This document shows, in pieces, positions 12,537 through 26,437 of a stretch of DNA of 64,000 nucleotides; position 1 is the first letter of the stretch; the number at the start of each line of letters is the position of its first letter. The stretch comes from Geosiphon pyriformis uo1 (lineage: Eukaryota; Fungi; Glomeromycota): positions 1,258,437 to 1,322,436 of the forward strand of contig JAAOMT010000523.1 in the NCBI GenBank assembly GCA_016748015.1. The letters run 5' to 3'. Position numbers and translations under genes: made by a program. The notes under the pieces were generated by a model. The model was not told the origin of the DNA. It worked only from the letters and a program-made list of their open reading frames with translations, and did not search any database.

Positions 12537-15500
12537 TTAGATTTGTCTCATTTATGACAAACTGTTAGCATTTCCATTGTTTTTTCTCTTTTTATAATAT
12601 ACTGTATAATTGAATAGTGAAAGTTCTATTTTCCATCTTATATGACAATCATCTACAAATTCTTGTTTCTAAATTGAAGTAAATTCTTTGTGATTGGTGT
12701 ACACATCAAACTTCTAACTCAAATATTTTTTCTATTTGATGACTGCCCAATAGATTGCTAAGTGTTCTATTTTAATGCTGGTGTTCCATAGTTCTTTTCT
12801 GCTAGACTCAAGCTACAGCTGGTATATGCTACTAAATGTTCTCTTTTATCTAGTTTTTTTTATAATAATACTGCTCCCAATGCTTGATTTGATACATCAG
12901 TAATAATAATGAATAATTTGCTGTAATCTGAATACATTAATACTGGAGCTTAAATAAGCTTTCTTCTTAGTGTGTTAAATGTCTTTTGTTGAGCTTTTGT
13001 TCATTTGTATTTCACATTCTTGGTTTGTAGATGATAAAATGGCTGGGCCAGTTTAAAAAAGTCCTTAATAAAGTGGCAATAATAGCCTGCAAATCTCAAA
13101 AATGCTCTTAGTTCTGTCAAGTTGGTTGGTACTGGAAAGTTTTTTACTATTGCAATCTTGTTTAGATCTGTCTTGATACTGTCTTTGCTCACAACATGTT
13201 CCAAAAACTTAAATTCAGTTTTTCTAAAGAAGCATTTGTTGGCATTTAGTTTTAATCCTGCTCATCTGAGTCTTTTAAATACTTGTTAAAAATGATGTAA
13301 ATAATCATCGAATGTTTTTAAGAACACATTGGTATTGTCCAAATATATAACTACTGATTTCAATAGTAGTCTGGTATAAACAATTTCTATAAGCCATTGG
13401 AATGTGGCTGGAGCATTCATCAAGTCAAATGATATCACTTTAAATTCAAAGTTTCCTTCTCAAGTTGTGAAAGCTATTTTCTCTTTGTCTTCTGGTTTCA
13501 TGGTCATTTGTCAGTAACCACTGTCTAAATCTAGAGTTGAGAATCATTTTTTTCTTCCAAAAGCATTAAAAAGTTCTTGGATCTTTGGAGTTGGATAACT
13601 GTTGCCTTTGGTTACTCTATTTAATTTCTAATAATTCACATAAAATTGTATTTTCTCATTCTTCTTTCGGACTAGTACCACTGGTAATAATCATGAGCTC
13701 ATTGATGGCTGAATTAGTCCATTGTTAAGCATCCGATTTATTTTTTGATGAATGATCTCATAACTGGCTGGTGGTATTCTGTATGCTCTTTGTTTAATTG
13801 GCATTACATTTCTAGTCTTGATTTGGTGTTGGATAATATCAGTTCTGCCAAATTCGTTTTTGCTGGCAAAAATGTTATTGAAGTTGTTAAGTAATATTTT
13901 AAGCTGCATCCGTTAAAGTGGGTCTAAGTTTCCAGATTTATTTGTTCTAATTGTTCTGGTTAGAACAGATAACATTCTTTTCATCTGTATATTGTTTGTG
14001 ATGTGATATCCACATATCCACACAATTATGGAAAATCTGAAATGGTGTCTAAAAGCTGGTCTTCAATTTTTGTGATTAAGTATCTAATAGTGGTTCTTTT
14101 CAGTATTTCAATGATATCTTCTGTGTTGTTGTAAATGGAAATTTTGATATGGTTGTGGTTTTTTGCTGGTATGTGTAGATTGACTAATCCAATCTTTCTT
14201 GATTCACAAAGTGTTGCTTTTGCCTCAAAAATCTGGACTTGATTCTTGATTTTTTTCTCTATAACTACCATGTACTGGTCATATGGTGGAATAGAAATTG
14301 GTTAATGGGTGAAGATAATTTCTTCCTTGTCAACAATTTCTTCCTCTGTCATATTAACTAGTATATCTATTCTACTCATGGATCCAAATCTTTGTATCTT
14401 TCTTGTTGTTATCCCTAATTTTTTCTTGTTTTCCACTGATACTAATTGAGCTACTTTAACCAGAAGTAGAAATATTGCCTGTGCTATTTTTTCATTTAGA
14501 TCTATGGTGTAAGCCTTTTCTGAGTCATTTTGTAGCATAGCAATAATATTTCCTACATATCTTGCATCAATTATCTCTCTTCTAATGTTAATTCCTTTTT
14601 TTGCTAAGTTACTTTTAGATGTTAGTTGAACCATTATTGTTGCTGGAATTTCCAGTGCTATTTTGAGATTAATGCAGGTGTGTGAATGGGATTCCAATTT
14701 TATGGCATCTTTTTCTGGATATCTTAGATCAAACCCTGTATCAGTATCATGCACACATTCTGACATGATATCTTCATCATTATCATTAAACCATTTAAGT
14801 TCCTGCTTCTTAGTGAGATCAGAAAGTGTGATAAATGTTTTGGGATTTGAATCAGAGTCCAAATTGTTGTTATTTTTATTGCCATTTTGAGCAGAGCTAG
14901 AACTATTTTTTTCATCATTGTTATTGTTGGAGTTTGAATTGGAATTGAAAGTTGATTTTGATTCCAATACATAGCTGTTGATTGGTTCTTCCTCTTTTGG
15001 GACCATGTAGATCATACATGTTGGTGGATTGAAAATGAGGTCACACTCATTACAATATTAAAAGTTACATAGAATTAAACAGTAGTCATATAGTTGTGTG
15101 TTGATTTCTTTTAAGTGTTGCTTCTGCTCTTCTCTTGTAGGTGCTAGCTCTTGGTAGTATTTGTAGAATTGTTTTGGGTCCAAGTGATTTATGACTGGTT
15201 TTGGGTTTTAGTCGAGTTTTATGGATTCTGGTGGGTTATTTTTGATCATCCTTATTTCTTCTGATAATGCTTTTTTGATTTTGGTGAGACCTATTTGCCA
15301 AATTTTGTCATTATTGTGTGAACAACTGTCTAAGTATTTGATTGCTTATCTCCAGACAGCATCTATGGGTGTTCTTTTTCTTATCTAGTCACTTATAAGA
15401 ATCATGTACTGACACAATTCATTGCATGTTCCTCCTCTTCCAGGAATGTCATTCCACATTTCTTCATCAAGGAAAGTTTCTTCACAAGCCAAACATAGCT

Positions 15501-16422
15501 TATTATCTCATTTTCTTACTTGTTTTGGTCTTCCAAAGCATTTGACAAGGCATGAGTGGCAATAGAACTTAGTTGCTGTCTGGTATTTCTCATTGTTATT
15601 ACAGCATGTACCCATTGATGACAATTTCTTGCTGCAATCAATGCACTCTAGTTTTGGTCAACAATAATTAGACAATTGTGATTAAATGTAAGTATATGGA
15701 TAGTAAGTGGTGGTTGGTGTTGAATCTTCTTCCTTTTTTTTCCCTTTTTCCTCATGATTGTCTTCTTTTTACTTCCAGGTTGTTGTTAATTTGTCCCAAT
15801 TGTTGTCAGTTTCCCAGGCTTGGTCAGCATTTCAGATAAGTTCTTTCTTTTGTTTTTCTTTTTTATTGTCATCCCAATAAAGTATTAGTGGTAGTTCGTT
15901 GTGGTCTTCATCAGTTCAAGACACTTAATAGGCTTCTCAGGTAGGTTTCTCTTTTTCTTTCTTGAATTTAATAAGTGGGACTGATGGCATGGTAATGGGT
16001 TTGAAGTATCTACACATGGCAAGTACCTATGTGTGTCAACTGTTCTGGCTAAGCTGTAGTTCTTGTGTGTTCCAGTCAAGCATGGTATTTGTTTTGACTA
16101 ACCAGTTATTATCAACTAGTGCCTGATATTGCGTAGCCTTCATTACTAAAACTTTGATTGGAGTAATAATACTGTTTACTTTAAAGAGAAAATTATCAAT
16201 CTCGCCAATAGAAATCTTGGTCACTCCATTAGCTGTTATTATCCTGGCACTGACAGCACAATCAACTTGGCAACCTAATTGGTTCATGAGTTGTTATGTG
16301 ATAATGCTGCCTGCTAACCCATTGTCAAAGATAAGTTTGATAGCATGTTCATTAATTTTGGCATCAGTGTACATGGTGGTGATTGGTTTTTTTTTGAGTG
16401 TGGCTCCACTGAACAAGGGTGT
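12537..16422 (-). pseudogene. pol: ORF1 of C: protease, Cys-rich domain, dUTPase (~14372-14760), RT, RNase H
   Basis: DTGFDLRYPE, I(I)DARYVGNI, IAQAI and FGS dUTPase motifs; RT and RNase H fragments; terminal stop at 12537-12539. Integrase ATG at 12505. Confidence 0.88.
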
Positions 16423-17287
16423 TGTTATTCATAAAAAAAAAGCAGATATAGAAAAATAGTAGACCAATAAGCAAATAGTAGTTAGCACATGAGCACATTG
16501 CTTAACAATGTGGAGCAATATCAGAAATCATGGCACATTGTTTAGCAACATGAAGCAATGTCAGAAATCACAGCACATCACTCAGCAATGTAGAGCAATG
16601 TCAAAAAGATATGACATATTGCTCAGCAATATAAGCATTGCTTAAGAAATTATAGCACATCGCGCAAGAATGTAAGCAATCTTGTAAAATCCAAATTATG
16701 TATATATAGCAGTAGTAGTAGAAGAAGAAAGAACAGAATCCATCAATTAGAAACCTGCCACATCACAAATATCAATAAATAATTATTCAATATCTCAATC
16801 CACTCTCCATTATCAACACTTCATGTTAATAATAATTGATACTTAACCTTATTGGAACAATAGCTCTTAATCACAGCTATTGATAGAATACTAACTTGCA
16901 CATTGCCTTGGCTCATTTCTTTATTTTATTTTCTTTTTGTTCTTTGATTTTATTGTTGTATACTAATCAATTGAGAATTAAAATGCTGAGACACAGACAT
17001 CATAGGGACTGGTAAAAGACCCATGAAACAAGGGTAAAACACTTATAGATTTGAGGATAGCTTACCAGAAAGATTACCAGCCACCATGCTAAGAAAGAAA
17101 TTTGACAAAATTGTAATTCCAGAAGGCTACTAAAAACAACCATTAAATCTCTGTCTATTATACAAAAAACTTCACAACAACACTTTTAGATCAACAAAAC
17201 CTACAGATATCAACACCAGAATACCAACCAAGCACTAAGTTATGGATTTGTTATTTGATTTGAAACCCCAAATAATCATCTGTAATA
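16423..17287 (+). repeat. 5' LTR of B (F3b; ~39-bp ATTGCTCAGCAAT-containing U3 repeats at ~16484-16682; TATA ~16701)
   Basis: Direct repeat of 25570-26433. Confidence 0.93.
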
Positions 17288-17289
17288 TT

Positions 17290-17306
17290 TGGTGCTCTCT
17301 GTGAGG
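17290..17306 (+). promoter_or_regulatory. Primer binding site of B
   Basis: TGGTGCTCTCTGTGAGG, 2 nt after the LTR end. Confidence 0.88.
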
Positions 17307-17349
17307 TATAATCTTACAAAAAACAGCACCAACCATAATTATTCAAACA

Positions 17350-20300
17350 GTGACAGAATCTGAAGAAATAGAAACAAACCATTTAGGATTTGCAAAATCC
17401 TTATTCCAACATTATTACACTCATTTTGGATTAACAAATAATAGTTGGCCAACAGAATCAGCTTTCAATTGCTATGTCAATGAAAAAATAATATATTACT
17501 TGGGAGGCCAAGGAAATCCAGAATCCACCTTCAACAACTTCTTCAGTGAATTGCTCTAAAGCACTACCCTTCTACAAAACTACTTATTTGCACTCCTAAT
17601 TACAGAAATAAACAAGAAAATTGAAAAATACACCAAACAGAAATTTCCTATTATTTTTGCAAACAAAGGCAAAGGAAGGCTATAAACACCAGCAGAAACA
17701 CCAAAACAAATCCAACTACCCACTTGAAAAAAACAAAGATTTAATTCATCTGCTAATCCATCATATTACCACACACCCAGAAGCACTATCAATATAGTAA
17801 ACACAGCTATAACAAGCATGACAATGTCACTAAACAGAATTCTATTCCAAAGTAAACAAAAGAAAACAGAATTATTAGGAACATATGATGATTATTTCAA
17901 GAGATTTAAATCACAATCTCCAATGTCATCAGGAATTTGATTATCACTACCACAACCAGATTTTGGAGCCATTAGTCCTTGGGAAATAACTGACTCCAAG
18001 AAAGAAGAGAGTAGTGATCAGGAAATTAATAAGCAAAACCCAATTCTAAAAAATTCAGAAATTCAAACTCCAGTTGATTAAACTCTGAAAAATCAGAACA
18101 ATCAAAACCCCAACATAATTAATTAACACCTATCTTCAGTAATTGTAATCAATCCACCACCAGCTCCACCAATTGCTGAACAGCAACAACAGCCACAACT
18201 GCTATCTTAACAACACAATCAGTAGCAACCACAACAACAACCAATGGCTTATACTCAAATTGCCAAAATCAAAAAATTTACCAGCAAAGAGAATAATGCC
18301 CAAGTATAGCTCAATGATATGGAAAAAGTCATTGCAGCCAATGGATGGAATGATGACAGAGTCCTTTAAGTGATTCCCTATTTTCTACAAGATACTGCCG
18401 ACTTGTGATATCAGAGTTTAGCTGTTAAACCTTAAACATTTCAGGAATTTAAAACTGTATTCTTAGGATATTTCAGTAATAATAACAGCATTAATCACTT
18501 AGCCAACACTTTTACCAAAATCAAACAAGGAAAAACTGAAGCAGTTACTACTTATTTGGGATGTTTTTACAGGAACTTGCACCAAATTCAGACAATCCAA
18601 GCTGACTATTTTACAATACCACAGATTCTAAATCAGTTCATCTGAGGACTGCGCAGTAGCCTACTCCAACAAGTATGCCCAATGCACCCACAAACTCTTT
18701 AGGACACAGTCACCAATGCAAAAGATTTTGAATTAGCAGAACTTAAAGCAAACCATGCCCAAGTCATTAATTTAGTAATAAATAAATCATCTGAATTAAA
18801 TTCCAAATTGAAACAATTCAGTAATTCTATTAATCAGAAATTAGAAGAATACTTAGCTGACAATTGCACAATCTATCAACTTCCACAACAACGTAATATC
18901 CAAGAAAATGCAAATTGTTTCCAAAATCAGTTGCGTCTATCTTCTTTGACCAATCAACAGTGGCAGCAAAAGATACATGTTTGTCACTACTGTGGTAAAC
19001 AAGAACATTTAAGGATTGACTGTAAGTTAAGGATAGATAATCAATGATTGGGAAATCAATATCAAAACCCTGATCACAGATTTCTAACTCCAAGTTATCA
19101 ATCAAACTTAGCAATATATCAACCAAATTACATATCTATAACACAGCCACAAATTTATCAACCATCAATTTATCAACCAACAACATCTGTCATCTATCAA
19201 CCACAATTTCAACCCATCTATCAGCTGCAGCTCCAGGTAATCTATCAGCCCCAACAAATTCAAACACCACCACAGAACTTACTCAAAACGGAACCCAGAG
19301 GCTGAGATTGATTCAACAAAGCTGAAGATCATTGATAGTAGTCCACCAACTGATCCCCAGTTTTTCCACCCAACCAGCAAGATTTCAACAACAGAATTCA
19401 GGTACTGGGTATGCCCAAAACCCAAATTCTCAGAACTATTTAAGTCTACTGGTTAATTCAGAAGACACTCAACCTAATAACCTGGAAACCAACCAACACC
19501 CAAAACTTATCAGCAATATTCTGCCAGCTACTATTACTGAGAACAAATCACTGGATGCCATCTTCCCATTTGAACTCAAAGAACTATCAACCATGCCATT
19601 ATTTAGTAGAGCTGTTCTAAAAGAAAAACCTATTACTGCTATATACACTAATGCCAAAGTTGATGGCCACCCCATCAAACTAATTCTAAACAGTGGGTCA
19701 GCAGGCAGCATCATTACAAAACAACTCATGGACCAATTAGGTCACCGAGTTGATCACACTGCTAGTGCCAGGATTATAACTGCTGATGGAGCAATTAAAA
19801 CTCCTATTGGTAAGATTGATGACTTCTCTTTTAAAGTCAATGGCATTATTATCCCCATCAAAGTTCTAGTGATGGAAGCAATCCAATATTAGACATTAGT
19901 AGAAAATAACTGGTTATCTAAAACTAATGCCATACTGGACTGGACAATGCAGAAACTCCAACTGAGCCAAAATGGTCAACACACATGTGTACTAACCACG
20001 TGTGGCCATTTTAAGACCCCTAACTCGACAACCCCACTTATCAAATTCGAGGAAAAAGAGAAGAAACCTACCTGGAAAGCCTACCAAGTTTCTTGTGCTG
20101 ACATAAAACACAATGAACTGCTGCCAGTACCTTCGTGGAATGACAACAGCAAAGGAAAGCAGAGAGAAAAACTTACCTAAAATGCAGACCAAAACTGGAA
20201 AACTAACAACAACTCAAATGAACTACCAAGCTGGGAATAGAAAGAAAAAACAAAAAAAAAAGAAAAGAAGAAGAAATATCCACCAGTACCACCACTTATA

Positions 20301-23300
20301 ATTTCTATACTACATCACAACAATCTACTTATTGGCGCCCAAAACTGGTATGCATTAATTGCTACAAGAAATTGTTGTTAATGGGTGCATGCTGTGGCAG
20401 TGATGAGGAGTACCAAACAGCAACCAAATTTTACTGTCACACGTGTGTTGTAGAATGCTTTGGATGACCAAAATGGCAAAAAAAATGGGATAATGAGCCG
20501 TGCTTGGCTTGTAGAGAAACTCTCCTTAACAAAGAAATGTGAAATGACATTCCTAAGAGAAGAGGAACATGCAATGAATTGTGTTAATACACAATTCTCA
20601 TAAATGACTAGATGAGAAAAGAAATGCCCATAGATACTACCTGGAGATAAGCTATCAAATGGCTGGACCAATGTCCACACAACAATGATGAAATCTGGCA
20701 AATGGCACTCACCAAAATTGAAGAAGTGATGTCAGAAGAAATAAAAACAATTAAAAATAACCCATCTGAACCTATAGAACTTGACTAGGACCCAGAACCA
20801 GTCATAAATCTTCTCAATTCAAAACAATTTCATGAACATTATCAAGAGCTAGCACCTACGAGAGAAGAGCAGGAGCAACATCTGAAAAAAATAAATACAA
20901 GACTATATGACCACTGTTTAATCTCATGTGACTTTTAATATTATAATGAGTGTGATCTCATTTACAATCCACCACCACACATGATCTACACAATCCCAGA
21001 GGAAGATGAACCAATCAGCAGCTGCACATCAGAATCAGAATCAACTTTCAATTCTGATTTAAACTCTGACAACGATAACAATAAAAACAATGATTCCAGC
21101 TCTGCTTAATACGACAACAAAAATAACAATAATTTGGACTCCAATTCAAACTCTGAAACATATATTGTCCTCCCCAATCTTACCAAGAAGCAGGAACTGA
21201 AATGGTTTAGCAATAATAATGAAGGTATCATGCCTGAACACATGCATAATACTAATACAGGATTTGATCTGAGATATTCAGGAAAAGATCCCATCAAATT
21301 GAAACCACATTTGTGCACTTGCATAGATCTGAAAATAGCACTGGAAATTCCAGCAACAATAATAGTTCAATTAGCATTCAGAAGTAGTTTAGCAAAAAAA
21401 GGAATCAACATTAGAGGAGGAATAATTAATGCAGAATACATAGAAAATATTATTGCTATGCTACAAAATGACTCAGAAAAAGCATATACCATAGATCCAA
21501 ATAAGAAGATAATACAGACAATATTCCTATCTCTGATAAAAGTAGCTTAGCTAGTATTAGTAGGAAACAGGAAAGAATTAAGGATTACTACCAAAAAGAT
21601 ACAGAGATTTGGATCAATGGGTAGAATAGATATACCAGTTAATATGGCAGAAGAAAAGATTATTGACAAAGAAGAAATTATCTTAATTCATCAATCAATT
21701 TCTATTCCACCATATGACCAGTATATGTTAACCATAAAAAGAGAAGTAAAGAATCAAGCTCAGTTGTTTAAAGCAGAAGTCACCATTTGCAAATCAGAAG
21801 AGATTGAACTCACTAATTTCTACATATCAGCCAAAAGCCTCAAAAACATCAAAATTCTCATCTACAACACAATGGGAAATGTTATTAAAATACCAAAGGG
21901 AACCATTATTAGATATTTAACAACCAAAGTTGAGGATCAACCACCAAACCATATTCCAGATTTTTACAACTTTGTGGATATGTGGACATTACATTACAAA
22001 CCATCTACAGACAAAGTGAATGTTATCTGCTCCAACCAGAACAATTGGAACAGATAAACATGGGGAATCTAGACCCACTTCAACAGATGCAACTAAAAAT
22101 ATTACTCAACAATTTCAATGACATTTTTGCTAGTGAAAACAAATTTGGCTGCACCAACATCATTTAACATCAGATTAAGACAGGAGATGTAATGCCAATT
22201 AAACAAAAAGCATACAGAATACCACCAGTTAGCCATGAAATTATTTGTCAAGAAATTAACTGAATGCTTAACAACAGACTAATTCAGCTATTAATGAGTC
22301 CATAGTCATCACCAGTGGTACTAGTCTGGAAAAAGAATGGAAAAATCCGTTTCTGTGTAGATTACTGAAAATTGAATGGAGTAACTAAGGAAAATAGCTA
22401 TCCAACACCCAAGATCCAGGAACTGTTTGACATTTTTAGAGGAAATAAATGGTTCTCAATACTGGATTTAAATAATGATTACTGGCAAGTAGCCATGGCT
22501 CCAGCCAACAAAAAGAAAACAGCATTTATCTCAAGAGAAAAAAATTTTGAATTTAAAGTCATGCCATTTGGCTTGATGAATGCTTCAGCAACATTTCAAC
22601 AGCTTATGGAAATTGTCTATACTGGATTACTATGGAAATCAGTAGTCATATACTTAAATAACACCAATGTATTTTCAAAAACATTTGATAATCATTTGTA
22701 CTATCTTCAGTAAGTGTTTGAAAGACTAAGAAGAGCTGAATTAAAACTAAATACAACTAAATGTTTCTTTGGAAAAATAGAACTAAAATTCTTGAGACAT
22801 GTTGTAAGCAAAGATAGCATCAAAACAGATCCAGATAAGATTGAAGTTGTTAGGAACTTTCCAGTACCAAACAATCTTACAGAACTAAGAGCATTCTTGA
22901 GATTCACAGGCTATTATCATTATTTCATCAAAGACTTTTCAAAGCTGGCTCAGCCATTTCACCATCTACAAACCAAAAACATAAAGTATGAATAAACTGA
23001 AACTCAACAAGAAGCATTTGACACATTAAGAAGAAAGCTTATCCAAGCTTCAGTATTAATGTATCCAGATTACAGCAAATCATTTATAATTACCACTAAT
23101 GCATTAGGTCAAGCATTGGGAGCAGTACTATTACAGAAAAGACCAGATGGAAGAGAACATCCAGTAGCTTATGCCAGTAAAAGCTTAAGTTCAGCTGAAA
23201 AGAACTATAGAACTCTAGCACTAGAACATTTAGCTATCTATTGGGCTATCACCAAATGGAAAGAATACTTGAGTCAAAAGTTTGAGATGTACACCAATTA

Positions 23301-23454
23301 TAAAGAATTGACTTCAATCCAAAAACAGGAATTTGGAGATGATTGCTATGCTAAATAGAAAATAGAACTTTCACCATTCAATTATACAGTACATTATAAA
23401 AAGGGAAAAGACAATGAAAATGCTAATGGACTGTCATGAATAAAACAAACCTAA
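17350..23454 (+). pseudogene. gag-pol: ORF1 of B: Gag(CCHC)-protease-Cys-rich domain-dUTPase-RT-RNase H
   Basis: CHYCGKQEHLRIDC; LIL(D>N)SGSAGS; dUTPase ~21230-21625 (GFDLRY, RSSLA, GGII(D>N)AEY, FGS); RT FCVDY...MPFGL...YL(DD>NN); RNase H. Many stops and a few indels. Confidence 0.92.
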
Positions 23455-23484
23455 AAACATTTCAACCCAAAAATATAACAAAAA

Positions 23485-24865
23485 ATGAATATACAAAAAT
23501 ACCAACAACTCCAGCATTATATAAATACCCAATTGTTCAAAGAAAAATTATCTCAAAAAGAACAAAAGAATATAAAACAACAATCAAAATATTTTATCAA
23601 CCATCAAATATATTTATCAGAAGAACAGAAAAAATCCAAATCAACCAACCAGAGTAATCACAAAACCAGAAAAAGAGAAAATATTATTCAACATGTACTC
23701 AGATCCAACAGCAGGACATTTTTATAAAGAAGCAACCATAGAAAGAACTAGAAAAAAATACTATTGGCCATCAATGTATCCAGACATCATCCAATATATT
23801 CAAAACTGTAATGCTTGTCAAAGAAGAAAAAGAACAAAACCCAGTAAACCATTGAGACCAATCAAAGTAAAACAACTATTCGATCACATTGGAATTGACT
23901 TGGTCAGACCATTAACAATCACCAGCAGAGGCAACAGATATATTGCAGTAGCCATAGATTATCTCACAAAATAGCCAGAAACAAAAGTCATTCAAAGAGC
24001 AGATGCAGAATCCATTGCCAAATTTGTCCATCAAGATTTGATTTGTCGACATGGATGTCCAAAAAAATTACTATCTGATCAAGGAACTCACTTTATGAAT
24101 AGAACATTAGCAGAACTAAGTCAAAGATTTGGGATAAAAAGACCATTATCATCACCATATCATCTACAAACCAATAAATTAGTTGAAAGATTCAATAGAA
24201 CACTGTGTGAAGCAATTGCCAAGATCAGTCAAGAAAACTAGAACAAATGAGATTTGTTTATACCATTAGTATTATTTGCTTATTGGACAATGAAGCAAGA
24301 CACCACACAAACAACATCATTTGAATTAGTATATAATAGAACAGCAACATTACCAGTGGAGATAGAAGTCAATACTTACCCAACAGAACCAATAACTGAA
24401 GACAATTTTCAGAAAACATTGTTGAGAAGAACATATGACTTAATGGAGACATTGGAAAACAAACAGCAAAAAACAGCTGATAACATTCAAAAGTCACAAG
24501 AAAAACAAAAAAAAAGACATGATAACCAATTACCAGATAAACCAGTTGAATTCAAGATTGGAGACAAAGTACTTCTATATCATACTAAAGCGGAAAAACA
24601 ATGAAGTAGAAAATTTGACCCCAAATGGGACAGACCATTTTACATAGAAAAAATTCTTGGAAATGGAGCTTATAAATTAAAATGAGACAACAAAATTTTA
24701 GCCAAAGCAGCATATGGTGATCGACTGAAACCATATTACCAGATAGCATTATCATCCACCAATAACATTCCACAACTGGGAGTACAAAGAATAATAGTTC
24801 AACCAGAAGAGATTTCACAAGATCTAGAACAAATTATAGTTATTGAACCAAACATGTCAAATTGA
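23485..24865 (+). pseudogene. int: ORF2 integrase of B
   Basis: Own ATG (MNIQKY); GH...CNAC; IGIDL; SDQGTHF; LVERFNRTL; decayed GPF motif. Confidence 0.9.
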
Positions 24866-24919
24866 ACAGCCAAAAGAGATATAAAGACACAGTACACATG
24901 ACAAAAGCAACCAAGAAAA

Positions 24920-25570
24920 ATAGAAATACCAGATTATATTCACACTATAGCTCAACAATTGTTCTAGGCCTTAAATTAACAACAGTTAGACATAAAAATT
25001 ATTGTTAACAACCAAACAATTTGTTATCAAAATACCAAAAGAAAGACAAAGAATACACTATACTAGCGACCTCCAAAGAACAATAAAAACTGAACAGATA
25101 ACTTAATAGAAAAAGTAAAGAACACTTTTGAGAAAATATCTGCTATGGCACCAACAGAAGAGCTTACAAAAAAAAATTGGAAGCAATGGACAGAATGACT
25201 TTTAATAGCATATTGCTACTACCAGTTAGGCCAAAAGTTGAATATTCAGGAGTTGTATATCAACAAATCCAAGAAAATATTCAACTAAGACATAATACAA
25301 CAAATTGAAGAATTTATTGGAAAGAAAATAAATTCAACACTACATGTTAAGACAATATACTGACTACACAACATATTTCGGAATTATCCAGAAATACTGT
25401 TACACTCTGACATGGAAATCATAACCATTAACCAATGGGGAAGAATGAACAATACACAAGTAGAAGACATAAGAAACAGAGTCAAACAAACAATACTTGA
25501 AAAAAAAGTATTAGAATTAATTTGAAACAAAGATTTCAACAGAGCTCAATATTAAAAAAGAGGAAATAAT
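24920..25570 (+). pseudogene. ORF3 homologue of B (decayed)
   Basis: IPDYIHTIAQQLF.AL...YYQLGQKL...TIY.LHNIF aligns by eye with IPRNIQQISQKLMLAL...YFQIGKTL...AAFRLYDLF of A. Confidence 0.7.
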
Positions 25571-26433
25571 ATTACTCATAAAAAAAAACAGATATAGAAA
25601 AATAGTAGACCAATAAGCGAGTAGTAGTTAGCATGTAAGCACATTGCTCAACAATGTGGAGCAATATCAGAAATCATGGCACATTGCTCAGCAACATGAA
25701 GCAATGTCAGAAATCACAGCACATTGCTCAGCAATATGGAGCAATGTCAAAAAGATATGACATATTGCTCAATAATGTAAACATTGCTTGAGAAATTATA
25801 GCACATTGCTCAAGAATGTAAGCAATCTTATAGAACCCAAATTATGTATATATAGCAGTAGTGTTAGAAGAAAAAAGAACAGAATTCATCAGTTAGAAAC
25901 CTGCCACATCACAAATATTAATAAATAATTATTCAATATCTCAATCCACTCTCCACTATCAACACTTCATGTTGATAGTAATTGATACTTAACCCCACTG
26001 GAACAATAGCTCTTAATCACAGTTATTGACAGAATACTAACTTGTGCATTGCCTTGGCTTATTTCTTTATTTTATTTTTTTTTCATTCTTTGATTTTATT
26101 GTTGTATACTAATCGATTGAGGATTAAAACGCTGAGATACAAACATCATAGGGACTGGTAAAAGACCCATAAAACAAGAGTAGAACACTCATAGATTTGA
26201 GGATAGCTTACCAGGAAAATTACCAGCCACTACACTGAGAAAAAAATTTGACAGAATTGCAATTCCGGAAGGCTACTAAAAACAACCATTAAATCTTTGT
26301 CTATTATACAAAGAACTTTATAACAACACCTTCAGATTAACAAAACCTACAGATATCAACACCAGAATACCAACCAAGCACCAAGTTACAGATTTGTTAT
26401 TTGATTTGAGATCCCAAATAATTATCTGTAACA
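25570..26433 (+). repeat. 3' LTR of B
   Basis: Direct repeat of 16423-17287; ends CTGTAACA. Confidence 0.93.
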
Positions 26434-26437
26434 GTGT

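Larger units (their letters stand above)
16423..26433 (+). mobile_element. Full-length Ty3/Gypsy family F3b, copy B (~10.0 kb), TSD GTGT
   Basis: Paired LTRs 16423-17287 and 25570-26433; GTGT at 16419-16422 and 26434-26437; PBS 17290-17306; PPT ~25554-25569. Confidence 0.95.

Noticed and set aside
16484-16682. CRISPR-like periodic repeats (also ~33170-33290, ~56040-56150, ~8730-8910)
   Set aside because: No unique spacers and no cas genes; these are U3 tandem arrays in LTRs.
17086-17304. ORF inside the LTR (GCCACCATG...IVIPE...LCLLYK.L...LLF...NIWCSL*), ending at the TGA in the PBS in frame with gag, with a similar peptide in F2 LTR H
   Set aside because: The ATG is ACA in the sister LTR (likely a decayed ACG). 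A stop is shared by both B LTRs, and copies C, I and G have frame-breaking indels. Nucleotide-level conservation explains it better, though it is worth rechecking on consensus sequences.
24863-24920. Integrase-ORF3 fusion in B (same frame, separated by TGA codons that could be decayed CGA)
   Set aside because: F1 and F2 copies clearly separate the two ORFs. A single decayed copy is insufficient evidence.
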